From the NCBI GenBank assembly GCA_964247055.1, contig OZ176052.1, forward strand, positions 682,001 to 746,000: a DNA stretch of 64,000 bases, in the 5' to 3' direction. The notes beneath the pieces are model-generated. The model was not told where the DNA came from, did no database searches, and saw nothing but the letters and a program-made list of their open reading frames with translations. The translations under genes and the position numbers were made by a program. The DNA is from Paragordius varius. Its lineage: Eukaryota > Animalia > Nematomorpha. This document shows positions 41,701 through 55,060 of this stretch, piece after piece (within the stretch, counting starts at the first letter, position 1; the number at the start of each line of letters is the position of its first letter).

Positions 41701-44700
41701 ATTTATATATTGTTAAATTATTATCGGTCGCATTCATGTTTCTTTTGGGGTTTTGTCAAATTAGTTTACCCATATTCCTTATAGATGCTTAATTCAATGT
41801 AAGTGTTAATTTGTTTAATTTATATAAATTTAGATTATTTAAAAATCCCAAATTATTTTACTTATGTGATAAATGTTTTTTTTAATGTTAATCTTTACCT
41901 GAAATATGGGAAAATACCGATTTAATAAGGTAAAAATTTATTTAAGTCATAAAGATTGAACCGATATATTAAATTTTTTAAAAAATGCTCAAACACAACT
42001 TAATTTGTTTGGATGGATTAGATAGAAGATGTATTACAAATCCCTATCCTAAATCCTAAGCCTTTAAATCCACAATCCGATTTTATCAGCTTAAATGGAC
42101 AAAAATTATCTCAGATTCATGGCAGACATAGTCGCATACTAGTTATTTGTCTCAAGTATTTATTAATATATTGATATTAAATCAGATAACTATAAATCTA
42201 TTTAAAGAATAGCAAAATATTAAGAAAAAGTAAGTTAAACACCGTGCTTTTTAGGACTTATCTAAGATCAATATGATCAATTTATTTGCTTTTATAATTT
42301 TAACATTAGTGATAGATTTCTAATATATATACCTGAAAAACTATACCCAAAATATTTTAAAATCGCGCCTTAGAAACATGGCCGAAACAAATGCTTTTTC
42401 CACCATTTTATCAACGTATGAAAGTGCAAAACGGGACCATTTTATTTGGCTTCTAGGCAGTCAATCCACTCTTGTGCAAGATACCGACTCTAATTTAAAC
42501 AGCAATAATTATGAAATTCATCCAATTAAACCTGCCCGATTGGATAGAAACGGATATTTACTGGTAAAACCCCAACAAAAACAACCGTTAGACTATTGCG
42601 CTCAAGTCATATCAAACATTTTATCTAAAATATTATCGAATCTAAATTCCCAATTTAATGAACACGAATCGTATATGCATTGGATAAGAAGGTAAGATTT
42701 CAAAAACACGTAAGAAAAATAAGAATCGTAATTGTGACCGTTTTAAAAATAACCGAATCATATTGTGTGTCCATATGTTAAAATATTAATTATCATTCCC
42801 TGGCAAAATATATTATTTTCTCGTTAATTTCATCTTTTAGCGATCAATAATAATTAAAAAATAGTAAAATAGATATTATTCAAACATACTTATCACATTA
42901 AATATCTTCTCATATAGCACAAAATTAAAAGTTTAGTATGCAACGGTATCATAAGCATATAAAAAGATATTTACTAAACAAACAAGCTCATTCCAATTAA
43001 TTTGTAATATAATAACCGGTCAAAAATTATTAAAACAATTTGTTTTGTCATCCATTTAATATATCGATACTCTTTTTGATTTTATATAATATTTGTATAT
43101 CGCCGATAAAAATTGGAATATTTTATCATGCTCCCCCTCCCTCCCCCTAGACAAATTCATAAATTGTTTGATGAAACGAATGGCGAGATGGTTTCAAGTT
43201 ACGATTATGATATTTGGAACCAACAAACAGATGACATAAAACTTGTTGGAACATATAGTAAAGTAAAATAAATTGTTTTATTCAAAACAAAAGTTACAGT
43301 TTAAAATTTCTTTGTTAAGATGCATATAATAATTATTAAGGGTTCAAAAAAACTTCAGCATTAAAATAAATACAATGTTTGTTAAAATTTATTTAAGTTA
43401 TCATATATTCTTACACCTACCCTGCCCACAAAAATAGAGAAATGTAATAGTACAATATAAAATGGAATTATACGGACAACGTAAAAATTAAAGATAAATA
43501 TTATTTTCTAAAAGACAACCATACTTTTTTTAAACCTTAACTTTCCTATATAAGCGACTTAATTATAATTGTAATCTATAGTTTGATTGTATTACCAATT
43601 TACATCTCAATTACACACACTTTGTCATTTCAAATAATGAGTTATATTTTAAAATGGTTTTCTTTTGGAAAAAAATATTTGTCTTTATATTTTTAATAAG
43701 TTTTATCCGTATAATTCCAATTTTTACTGTGTTTCCGTAGTTTATATAACCTTAATTTTTGTTAATCATCATCATGATTAGAATAACCTAAAAGAAGATG
43801 GCATAGAACAACGCTTGACCATCAATGAAAGTTTAATTCAATGGCCTGATTCCGGGACAGATGGAAATCCAATTCCAAAAGGCTTCTCTCTTCCCATGCA
43901 TTTAAAGGTATTTCATTTTATCGGGGGAAAAATTTATATTATATATAATATTTATAATAGTAAAAACTGATATTATATAGACAAAACGTAAAATATAAAT
44001 ATTTTTTAGAAAACAACCATATCTTTTTTAAACCTTAATTTTTCATACATATAAATTATCAAATTACGAATACATAATTGATTGTGTCACCAATATACAT
44101 TTCTTTTTCATACTTTAAATTTAAAACGATGAGTTATATATATTAAAAAATCAAATTTGAAAAGGTACAGCGGTTGAAAAAAATTTGTACTTATATTTGT
44201 ACGTTTTGTCCGTAGTATTTGTTTTTTTACTGCATATAAATTTGTGATATTGTTTTACAGTTCAAATTCCCCCTTAAATAAATTATATGTTTTCGAACTA
44301 ATATAACTCATTATTAATATGAAATATATCTTTATGGCATAATTTATTATTTTTTCGGTATTATTTTATTTTAAAACAAAAAATTTTATTTTTTAGAAAT
44401 ATATAAAAATATAGGTAATTTATGATCTTACAAAACATATATTATTTTTTGAGGGTGAATTTCAATTATTCGAGGGTCAATTTGAATTTTAAATGGTATA
44501 TTATTGTTTTACAGGTAATTACGTTTGTGGAAACGCCTTTTGTCTATTCAATTCCTATGCAACAACTTAACGCAAAAGCTTACGGGGGGAAGAAAAGAAG
44601 AAAGAAAGATACAGCAAATCCACCAATTATCTATTTAAACATTCAACAGCAGGTGGGACAAAATTCAAGTTTGTTTGATTTGCACGAAAAATATGGCTAT

Positions 44701-47700
44701 AATACAATTATGCACTTACAGCCTGGTAGAAATGGTGAGTTAGATTCAAACGCAATTTGTCAAAAGGAGGGTGGTCTAACCTGTACCATTTCAAATCATT
44801 ATGGTAATATTTGAGATATTTTAGCCAAGTTATATGCTAACTAATGATTTATTTACGGGTTTACTCATTGAGAGTCGATGAAAATGTTAATTATCCTGAT
44901 TTTATGCTAAATTACACCCAATAAATTTTTCTTATAAATAAATTTATATTTGTTAAAATGTTATTTTAATGGATTATTTGCATCACACTTAATTTTTATA
45001 ATTTTTTGATTTATAATAATGTAACTCATGCATGACTGGACATTTACAGTACAATTGAAATTATACGGACAAAAAGTAAAAATATAAAGGCAAATTATCT
45101 TTTCTAAAAGACAACCAACCATACTTTGAAAACCTTAATTATTTCAAATATAACTCATTGTTTTAAACTGTAAGCTATAGAATAGAGACGTATATTGGTA
45201 ACACAATCATTGATAAATTTTAAGATTTTTATTGAATGGTTTAAATAAGATATGTTAAGGTTTGAAAAAGAATGGTTGTTGTCTTTTGGAAAAAAATTCT
45301 TTATATTTTTACGTTTTGTCCGTTTAATATCAATATTTACTGTAACCGATTATAGTCTGAAAAGAAGCATTTTTATCTCAGTTAAAAATGACCACCTTTG
45401 ACCAAGGTAAACTCTTAAGTAGAAACTGCTTATTTTATAATTATTATTATATACCTCAGATTATGTGGATGAAATCCATTGCTGTTTTGGCTTCTGTATG
45501 GATTTACTACGTGAATTGGCTCAAAAATTACATTTTACTTTCACGTTGTCTCTTCTGAACCAACAAAATACACCTTATGCCGTAAAAATTTTTAAATCTC
45601 ATTCTCTTGGAATTTATATTTAAAGATAAATATTTTGCTTACATTAAATTTAGTATCAAGCCCAACAAAAGCAACGTGCAGCGATAAATGCGATTTTAGC
45701 CGGGCAAGCTGATATGATAATTGCTCCACTCATTATAACGGCTGAACGAACAAAAATTTTGGAGTTTTCACAACCGTATCGATACCAGGGCATTTCTATT
45801 TTACAAAAACGAGTAGTACTTAACATAGTATTTCGAGTTTCATTAGTATCTTAATCATAGAATAATACTCCATATTAAGTTATTCAGTTTTTGATTGGCT
45901 ATAATCTTAAAATATTTTAATGAATATATCACTGTAAAGTCCTAGATTTTATGATTGCCCATATGAAAATTGTTAAAATTGTCCACTATGTCTCCATTAT
46001 TACCATCAGCTCTGGGCAGGTTAGATATTATAAAGTATTCATAGATCATATATCTAAATAGATCATACCCTTTTCTAACGAAAAGGGAAAAATGACTTTT
46101 TACTGTAAATTTAAGGTCTAAATTATACAGGGGATGTTCCATTTCAAATTATCATATACCTAATAAATTTAATCTATGATTTCTCAACTAAAAAATCATA
46201 GCACACCACAAAATCAAATCTCCATTCATTTCTTCAACCGTTTCACACCAATCTATGGCTAACGATTTTTGGGGCTGTCAATTTTGTTGGATTTCTTATT
46301 TTCTGGCTTGACAGGGTAAGTCCAATCGGAGGACATCATTTGGCACAGGTGACAGAACAGTTAACGCAAACCCGGAGGGATAAATTGTTGAAACGATATA
46401 GTGAGAGGTAGGTATTATTTACTAGTTTTTGGATTTTATCTTATAAAACTTTTTTCCATTTTAAAAATAATTTAATAATTAAACTTTTACGATGGTGAAC
46501 ATAAAGTTTTTTGTCAAATGGATTAAGAATTGCATGCACATATCTTACACCTCAAATAAAAGAAATAAAAATAACAGTAATGGTGATATTTTACCTGTTA
46601 TAAATATAATTATAAAAATGAATTCAATATATCATACATATTCACTTTCAGCGAAAACATTGTCAAAGAATCTAGGAGGAACAGTAAAAATGCTCAAACG
46701 TGTTCGAATAACTTTGTAACCAGCTCAGATTTAGCCGTTCAAGAAATAATTGTGTCAAGCACTGCTGCAGAAAATGATAAGAATAATCACATACTACATT
46801 TACCGAAAGCTCTTTGGTTTGCTTGGGGTATCCTACTAAATACGGGAATCGGTGAAGGTTTTTAAATGTTTTACTGTTGAATTTATGTTAGTTAATTGAA
46901 CTTACAGTAAAATCTGGAATTATACGGATAAAACGTTAAAACATCATGACAAATATTTTTTAAACGGTATATTTTTTAAATTTGATTTGACTCACTGTCT
47001 AAACTACAAAGTATTAAATAAAGATGTGAATAGGTAACACAATCAATTATATATTTTACAAAATTATATATTTTATATAAGAAATATTAAGGATCAAAGT
47101 ATGGTAGGCTGTCTTTTGAAAAAAAGATTTGTGTTTATTATTTATATTTATATGCATAATTTCAATTTTTGGTATATATTAAAAAATTTGTTAATTTATA
47201 TAATTTGGCAATAAAAACTATAAACATAGGGACTCCCAAAAGTTTTAGCGCTCGAGTAATGAGTATGTTTTGGTCAGGATTCACAATGATAATCGCCACC
47301 TCGTATACGGCTAACCTTGCTGCCTTCCTAGTTTTGGATCGTCCGGAATTAATTATAACAGAAATAAATGATCCCAGGGTACGCATTTTTACCATATATA
47401 AAATTTTGGTGACCCATTTGTACTTTTTTGGAAGAGATGCAATTTATATACATTTTGAATTTGAATATTTTTGAGACTTAAACGCCATATGACGAAATGA
47501 TACAAAATTAAATGAACCCAACAGCTGATAATTTGTGTTTTAGCCATGACTTTAAAATTTGGATAGGTAAAAAAAGAGCAACTCAAAAATTTTATTTTAA
47601 AGCTTTAAAATAAAAACGTTTTGCTGATTTTGACACAAGTTGGATTTTCATTATTTGACATATAACATTTATATGTAAAAGATATATATTGGTGTAATGT

Positions 47701-50083
47701 AATTTTGAATTTAACTTGTATAAGAAGTTTTTGGCAATCCTTTCCTACTTTAATAAAAATGTTTTTGTTGATTTATAATTAAACAGCTCAAAAATCCTAA
47801 TGAGAATTTTAGCTTAGCAACTATAAAAGGATCTGACGTGGATCTTTTTTTCCGACGTCAAGTTGATCTCGTCAATGTTTATCGGAAAATGCAACAGAGT
47901 AAAACGTATTACAGTGTAGCTCAAGCTATTGATGACATACATAAAGGGTATTTTTAATTTGATTTATTAGACTTTCGATTTGAGCAAAAAATTGATTTTA
48001 ATAATGTTTAGAGGTGTTTTTAGTTGGCTCAAAATCTAAATTAAAGCATTCCAACTATTTATTTATGTACATTTTAACAATAAATTTTATCAATTTTTTA
48101 ACCATTAATTTACTTTTTGTAAAATTTAATACCGTACCTCTGCATTCTAAAACAATGTTCCAGTCTTCTTTTTAATAATTATACAATCTCAATTTTGTAA
48201 TAAAGGATATTGAATGCTTTCGTTTGGGAACACTCTCGACTTCAATACGAAGCGGGACAGGATTGTAATGTTGTTTTGTCACCTCAACTGTTTGGTCTTT
48301 CGGGCTATGGCGTCGCAATGAGCAAAGGCAATCTCTGGCTTCCATTTATTTCAAATGCAATCCTGCGATTTCATGAAAGTATAGATTTAATCCAATTTTT
48401 TTTTATAAGTTCTATAATCTTTAAAAAATACATAAATTAGCTTTTAAACGCTAATTTTAAATAAATATAATAAGTTTCTTTGGAAAATATTTATTTATTG
48501 TTTTATACTAGCAGGAATAATGGAACGAATCGATACAAAATGGATTAGCAATAAATCCAACTTGGGAAGCGATTGTAAACCCAAAGAAAATCAACGAGCC
48601 ACTCTTGGAGTTTCTAACATGCTAAGTAATTTTTGTAAATAATCAAAATTTTATTGAAAACTAAACAATATTTTAAATTATTACAATGTTAAGTACTATA
48701 TTATTGGGGTTTTGCCCTATAGATTCATCATCGTCTGTACCCACTTTTAAAAATAACCGCTAAAAACTTAAAATTGTTACGTAATAAATACACATAAAAT
48801 GGTATGCCGTTAGTTTTTAGGGAAAAAAAGATTTATTCCCCTCTTATTAATATCGGTCGATTTGGGATTTTTATTTAACGATTTTGCTGCTCGCATATTG
48901 GTTCAAAAGCCAGCACCATATATATTATATTCTATCTAAATTTTTAAATTTAGTCATTTACAGTAAAATTGAAATTATACGGACAAAATGTAAAAATATA
49001 AAGACAAATTGTTTTTTCAAAAGACAGCCATATTTAACCATGATTTATCCTACAAAAAACATTTAATTACAATCGTAAAATACAAAATTGATTGTGTTAC
49101 CAATTTAAATTTCTATATTAACCTTCGTTTTTTAAAAAAACGAGTTATATATAATAAAATCAAGATTAAAAAAGTATGGTTGTCTTTTTGAAAAAAAAAT
49201 TTGTCTTTATATTTTCACGTTTTGTCCTATAATTTCAATTTTTACTGTGTGTATATATATTTTGTATGTATAGGTGTGTTTATTTTAATTTTTGGGGGTA
49301 TTGGCATCGGATACTTAATTTTAGTCGTGGAGTGGTTTTGGAAAAAACATAAATCTAACAAGAAACATCAAGAGCTCATTGCACATTCATACTTTGAGCG
49401 TTGGAAAGTTAAAACTTTCGTAAGTGTTTTAAAACGTAAAAATTCAGAAATTATAAAGACAAAACGCAAAAACTAAAAGACAAATTTTTTGTAGAAAAAT
49501 AGCCATGCTTTTTAAAACCTTGATATTTATTGTAATTGACACATGTGAAATTACAATTTCGGTTTGGCCAATTTATTTCTCTCTTCCTTATTTTTTTGCC
49601 ATAAATTATATATTAAATTAAAACAAGGGGATAAAATATATGGATGTTTTATTGATTTTTAGTTTGAATTTTGGCATAAATTTAATTTTTACCGCATTGA
49701 TACATTTATGAATATTTTATTTGCCTGTGTTTACTAAAATTATTAGCAAAAATTCAATTTGAGCCATAAAACTTTTCCATCTATTTTTTCGGTATTAACC
49801 CGAATCAAAGAAAATATTTTCAGATTTTGATAATTTTTTGGAATTTTTTTGAAAATTTGGATAATATAAGCGCTAGTATTAAATCACTAAGTTTTTTAAA
49901 TCAGATCGAATATAAAATCAATAATTCTATTTTGAATCCAGATATATATTTTTGAATGAATTTCATCATGTTAAAAATAATATCTTTTTTATTGTATAGA
50001 GAAATAAACATTTGCGTCAAACTATGGAATCAACATCAATCCAAATGAAACGGATAACTGGAAATAAATTCGATTATATATAA
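38782..50083 (+). CDS. Nmdar1: NMDA receptor subunit 1 (GluN1-type), divergent
   Basis: 17 exons: 38782-39939, 40213-40467, 42022-42155, 42374-42691, 43151-43262, 43782-43907, 44515-44803, 45460-45581, 45654-45812, 46202-46407, 46652-46857, 47230-47378, 47787-47947, 48206-48378, 48512-48625, 49274-49419, 50000-50083; [50 protein letters not shown]; about 1303 aa; start codon and 5' exons less certain. Confidence 0.9.
43453..43729. mobile_element. MITE family A
   Basis: aatggaattatacggacaac ... tccgtataattccaatttttactg. Confidence 0.8.
43957..44233. mobile_element. MITE family A
   Basis: agtaaaaactgatattatatagacaaaacg ... cgttttgtccgtagtatttgtttttttactg. Confidence 0.75.
44255..44496. mobile_element. 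Foldback MITE family B
   Basis: ttacagttcaaattccccc ... gggtcaatttgaattttaaatgg-TA. Confidence 0.8.
45047..45342. mobile_element. MITE family A
   Basis: TA-cagtacaattgaaattatacggacaaaa ... ttttgtccgtttaatatcaatatttactg-TA. Confidence 0.88.
46905..47170. mobile_element. MITE family A, degenerate right end
   Basis: TA-cagtaaaatctggaattatacggataaaacg. Confidence 0.7.
48961..49247. mobile_element. MITE family A
   Basis: TA-cagtaaaattgaaattatacggacaaaa ... ttttgtcctataatttcaatttttactg. Confidence 0.88.
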
Positions 50084-50689
50084 AATTTTTAGAGCTTTTG
50101 ATATATCTAATAAAATATGCACAATTATATATAAATATATATATATTAGTTTCTTTACATTGGCTTAATAATTGATTTTAAAACTAAACCAAAACCAATA
50201 TCTGTTTTATGGAGCACTGGGATCTTAAAACTTTGTAGATAGAACAGCTCCATTTCCCCTCAAATTCTGAGAATCATAGCTTAAACAGCAATATTTCTAT
50301 ATTTTTAAATTTTAAGTCAGTCCACGGTCGCATTTGATATATTGGCATTAATAAATATTTTTATAAGATTTCAAACATAAGACTGTAAAATGCAAATACT
50401 TTTTTTTAAGTTCGTGGCCAATTGGACAGACTTTTAACCAATATCAATCTTATTGGGATTTTGTAAGCACTATTGATCCTAAGACCAAGTTTAATGTAAA
50501 ATTGCTAAAAGCAATGCCGAAGGAAATGGTGCATTATTTTTGAAGCTCATACATTTTTATATTGTCTAAATTTTTGAGAAAATAGAGTTAACATCATATT
50601 TTTCAAATTAAATTGATTGCATCAATCTTATACAAGTACAAATTTTTGTAATCTATATATTTTTATAATGGAAAATCCTGGCTTTGTGA

Positions 50690-52990
50690 TCTGTTTCCGG
50701 CGGTAGACCCATTCAAATCCAAATATCGAAAAAATATAATCATAAATGAATGCCCCGACAATTGCTTCGCCTTTTTTTGATTTAGGCCCCCAGTTCGGGC
50801 CCACCAGTATCAAAGGGATCAAAGCAAGCGCTCTAGCCTATTTCTACAAGTAACTCTACGACACAAGGCCAGCCAAGACGATTGGCAACGCCTTCACCCC
50901 GGAAGAACTGCCGGAGCTAGACGGAGCACCCACAAAAGAAGAAATCAGGGCTTCTTTGGCTACTGTGCCAACAGGTAAGGCATGCGAACCTGACAATGTT
51001 CCGACTCTATAGGTAGGCTGGAGAAGGGTTAATAGGGGCTCTAAAGATGATTTTTTCGAAAGTGTGGGAGATCAGCCAGATTCCTCCAGCTTGAAAGGAG
51101 GCGAATGTTTGCGCATATACAAAGGAAAAGGAGTTGGAAAGGACCTAAAATCTTACCGACCCATATCCCTATTGAATATGGAGGGTAAAATTTTTGCGGG
51201 TGTAATCTACGATAGATTAAGGAAACTGGCCATGCTTGGGGATATCCAGTGTGGGTTTAGGAGAGAGAGGAGCACTATTGACCTTATCCACGTACTTAGA
51301 CGGCTTCAAGAGGAATGCAGAGTAACCAAGAGTGAGACGCATGCGCTATTCATCGACTTAGAGAAAGCTTTTGACAGCGTTCCACATACGATTATGCCTA
51401 ATAGTCTTTCCCAGACAGGCGAACAGACTAATGAGAGCAATAAGCGGCCTCACCATTGGGAACAAGGCGAGAGTTAAATCTGGGAATGTTCATCGGATTG
51501 GTTTTTGCTAAACAGGGGGGTCCGACAGGGCTGCAGAGTATCGCCACTTCTTTTTAATATCTTTTTAGAAGCGTGTCTGAGACAGACAAATATAAGTAAC
51601 TTTGTTAAAGGGGTTAAGTTAGGGCAAAGAGAGGGTAGTCTAATACAACTTATATCGACGCCTAAAAACGAGTGTTCTATTCACACACTCGCTTTTGCGG
51701 ACGACATAGTGATTTCAGATCATTCTCTCAGCCAAATCAAAGCAGCCCTGGTGGCACTTGAAAAGGTCTTTACCCAACAGGGAGTAAGAATATCGTAGGA
51801 AAAATCCAAGAACCTTGAATTGTCCGGTGTCAAAACGAGCAATAAAACGTTAACACTAGGCAATGGTAAAAGTGAATTTGTTAACTCATTCGTTTATCTA
51901 GGGTCTAAAATCAGCCATGCTGGGGGAGTTGGTGCCGAAGTTTCTAACCGTATACAAAAAGCGCGGGGGTTAGCCATAAAACTAAAACCGGTTCTTTCTT
52001 GTAAAAAGTTGGCAAACCCGATTAAAAAGAGACTGCTGATGAGTTATGTTGTGCCACCTCTGATGTACGGAGCTGAGACATGGAACACCACAGAACGCGA
52101 CGTTTCAAGAATAGACAGTTTTGCCAACAGATGAATCATATGTGAAAACGTTTTCCTTAAGGATCATAAAGCGATAGAGGATCTTGGAAAAAAATTAAAG
52201 TCCTTTATACAAACGAGATGTTTGTTACAAACGATTGAGCTGGGCTGGTCGACTATCTCAGAAACGCACATCAGGGTGGCATAGCACTCACTAGCTGCAC
52301 ATTGGGTAAGGGAAAGGCTAATGCCAGAGTTAGACAACGTTGGGATAACATAATCAAGGATTGGAACTGGCTTATCTATAATAGATCGGAAGGTGTGGTT
52401 ATATTCGGGGAAATGTCAGGAACTTAGTGATCTCCAGAAAGCTATCCAAACAGCCCCACCGATGAAACAAGTTTTCTTGCGACAGAAGGAGGCGAAGAGA
52501 AAAAGGGACCCAGATCCAATCCCCACAAATGTAAAGAGGATCAATGTTAGTGGGCCAGTTAAGTGCCAAGAAGGAACATGCCAAATAGTATTCTCTGATA
52601 ATAAAAATGGACACGTTTCTCTCTACCATAACTCAAACACCTCCCAAAGTCTAAACCCCCTTGCATGCAACATCATGGGGTGTGCAAAGGTATTTAAAAC
52701 TAAGGGCTGGCTTACCCGCCACCGAAAGGTGTGCCATGGAATGGTAACAACAGTCAGGCATCTGCCTATCCTTCTTCACCGAAGTCGATCACTATCTCAC
52801 ATCCAAAAACGGCATTATGGAAACTCCAATTTCTTGAAGGTGACAAATACTGTTGTCCTGTTACAAATTGCATCAGACAATTTGGCACCTACAAGGGATT
52901 GGAAAACCATGGTTACCGATTTCACCAAATCTCCATCAGAGCTATCAAAGGGGTGGTTGCGATACGGGCGGAGACGGCAACAGAATAAAA
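50690..52990 (+). mobile_element. 5'-truncated non-LTR retrotransposon (RTE-like): RT plus three C2H2 fingers, pseudogenised
   Basis: YRPISLL, QCGFRRERST, FIDLEKAFDSV, GVRQGCRVSPLLF, LAFADD, FVYLGS, LMYGAETW across stops and frameshifts; C-x4-C..H-x4-H motifs at 52560-52930; ends approximate. Confidence 0.92.
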
Positions 52991-53330
52991 AGCTAATATA
53001 TATTACTAACCCATGTGCATCTCTTGTTTTTTCTCCTTCTTCTCATATACGCATGAACATTGCACACAATAATACACTATTGATATAATACGCATGCACC
53101 CTGTTTACACACACAAATATATATGCATTTTTCTCTCTCTCTCTTTCGCTTTTGTTAGATAACTTACAGCAATGGAACTCAATGATCTTGTTTGTTGCCA
53201 TTACTGCTTTAAGTTGTATCTTATGATTATCCTGATGGTTGACAGGCTCTATAACCCTGCGCTCTCAAATGTTTGCATATGCTCTTGAAGTCTGGTCGGA
53301 GTCTAATTTCTCTCCTTAATTGTTCAGAAC

Positions 53331-55060
53331 GTACTGGGTCGAAGTCCACCCCCTACCTGAAAAGGGTGACCCAGAGCTCGAAACAGGGAGGCAAATATTG
53401 TGCCTAGTGCAAAAATAGCATATATTAAACCTCGTACTTTTTTTGTGAGGAATAATATTGTTTGTATGGGCAAAAAGGTTTCGGTTATTTTTGGCGTCTA
53501 TTTCTAATTTTTCACACAGTTGGTCATAATACTTATTTTTGTCCTCTCTTGCACTTTTTTGAAATTCACTGTTTAGTTGTTTATATTCATCCCATTTGCA
53601 TTTGATTTTGGATTCTCTACGTTTTTCTGCGATCTCGAGACTTTTTGTTGACAATTTTATTTTTTGTTTAGTACGTTTGAGAGGCTGTATAAATTCGTCG
53701 GGAGTATCTCTGCAGATTGTGTGTATAGCGCTCCAAAAAGAATTTATATTCTGATAGTTTTCTGAATTATGATCAAGACACTCGAAATGATTTGATAAAG
53801 CGGTGCTAAACTTGTCGTCGATTTATCATAATCTAATCTTGTTCTGGTTGGTTTGGATATTTTGTGGAATTGTAATTTAATGCAGAGTTTGGCGTCAAAA
53901 ATTGTGGTCGCTGTAGCAATCCGATCCTGGTAGGCATTTGACATTATGAAATGAAATTTTATAATTTACCATACCTAATATGAAGTCAATTTGGTTACGG
54001 TATCTTTGACACGGGGAACTCCATGTGTATAGACGTCGTTTGGGCTGTTTAAAAAAAGGTGTTTGCGACGAAGAAACGATGGTTAGCACAAAATTCAATC
54101 AATCTATCTCCTCTCTCGTTTTTTATGCCCAAGCCCATGCCGCCCGTCATAGGAGGTGTTTTGTCTTTTTCTATGATTGAATTGAAATCGCCTAGGATAA
54201 ATATGATATCTTTTTTTTATGTTTGGGAAATCGCCAAGTCGAGATCACTGTAAAATTTTTCACAGTCGTCATTGCTGTAAGATGAGATAGGGGGTAAATT
54301 TGAAAGATTGTATTGGGTTGAGGGGTTGTTTGTATGCGGATTGCAATTATACGTTCATTGATTGGATTAAAAATGTCCGAGATAAATTAGCTAGCTTTTT
54401 GTTCATTATTATAACGACACCGTTGTATTTTAACGAATCATGGCCGAAGTAATACGGAATATGATTGTCAAATTCTATTTCGGTAGAGGGAATATGTGAT
54501 TCTGAAATTCCTAGTGTCAATTTTATGCTTCGTCATTTCGTTAACCTCTATATCTAATTTGTTGTTGTAAGCTCCACGTAAATTCCATGTTGCGATACGG
54601 ATGCTGAGATTACATGATTTCAACATTAGCAGAATGTGATGAGAAATATGTTAAGGATATGTAAGTAATATAATATAACTATTTATTATGTTCGGTGAAG
54701 GTATAAAATCAATGTTTTTGGTAAAAAGGTCGATAAGAGATGGGTAGGTATACCGTACCTTTCCCACTCGATTAAAAGCATGTGTTTACATGCGTGAAAC
54801 GATCCAGGGCTCGAAAGAGCTAACAGAGAGGAGAATTTGTGCCTCGTGCAATTGTGTGCCTAGTGAAAACTTACCCTAAATTACTCGTACTGGGTCGAAG
54901 TCCACCCCCTCCTGAAAAGGGTGACCCAGAGCTCGAAAGAGCTAACAGGGAGGCAAAAATTGTGCCGAGTGCAAACCTATCTTAAATCTTGTACTGGGTC
55001 GAAGTCCAATTCCTACCGAAAATAAGGTGGTCCGGAGCTCGAGGAGCTAATGGGGAGGCA
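53331..55060 (+). repeat. Structured 104 nt repeat: copies at 53331-53437, 54802-54886 (partial), 54887-54990, 54991-55060
   Basis: gtactgggtcgaagtcca ... gacccagagctcgaaagagctaacagggaggca. Confidence 0.85.
53430..54626 (-). mobile_element. RTE-clade LINE 5' half: AP endonuclease and linker, pseudogenised
   Basis: MLKSCNLSIRIATWNLRG, GISESH, RRLYTWSSP..NQIDFIL, SDCYSDH, EYKQLNSEFQKSAREDK. Confidence 0.9.

Noticed and set aside
46500-46590. Extra NMDAR exon in the M1-M2 loop
   Set aside because: The best donor gives the wrong phase; direct 46407->46652 splicing is in frame.
53345-53390. Hammerhead ribozyme (CTGA ... CGAAAC)
   Set aside because: Core reads CTGAAAA rather than CTGANGA, stem II is not adjacent to GAAA, and no stem I can be formed; CGAAAC arises from a 7 nt deletion in this copy.
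50690-54626. Twin-priming inversion explaining the LINE halves
   Set aside because: Twin priming leaves the 3' tail at the outer edge; here the RT 3' end points inward.
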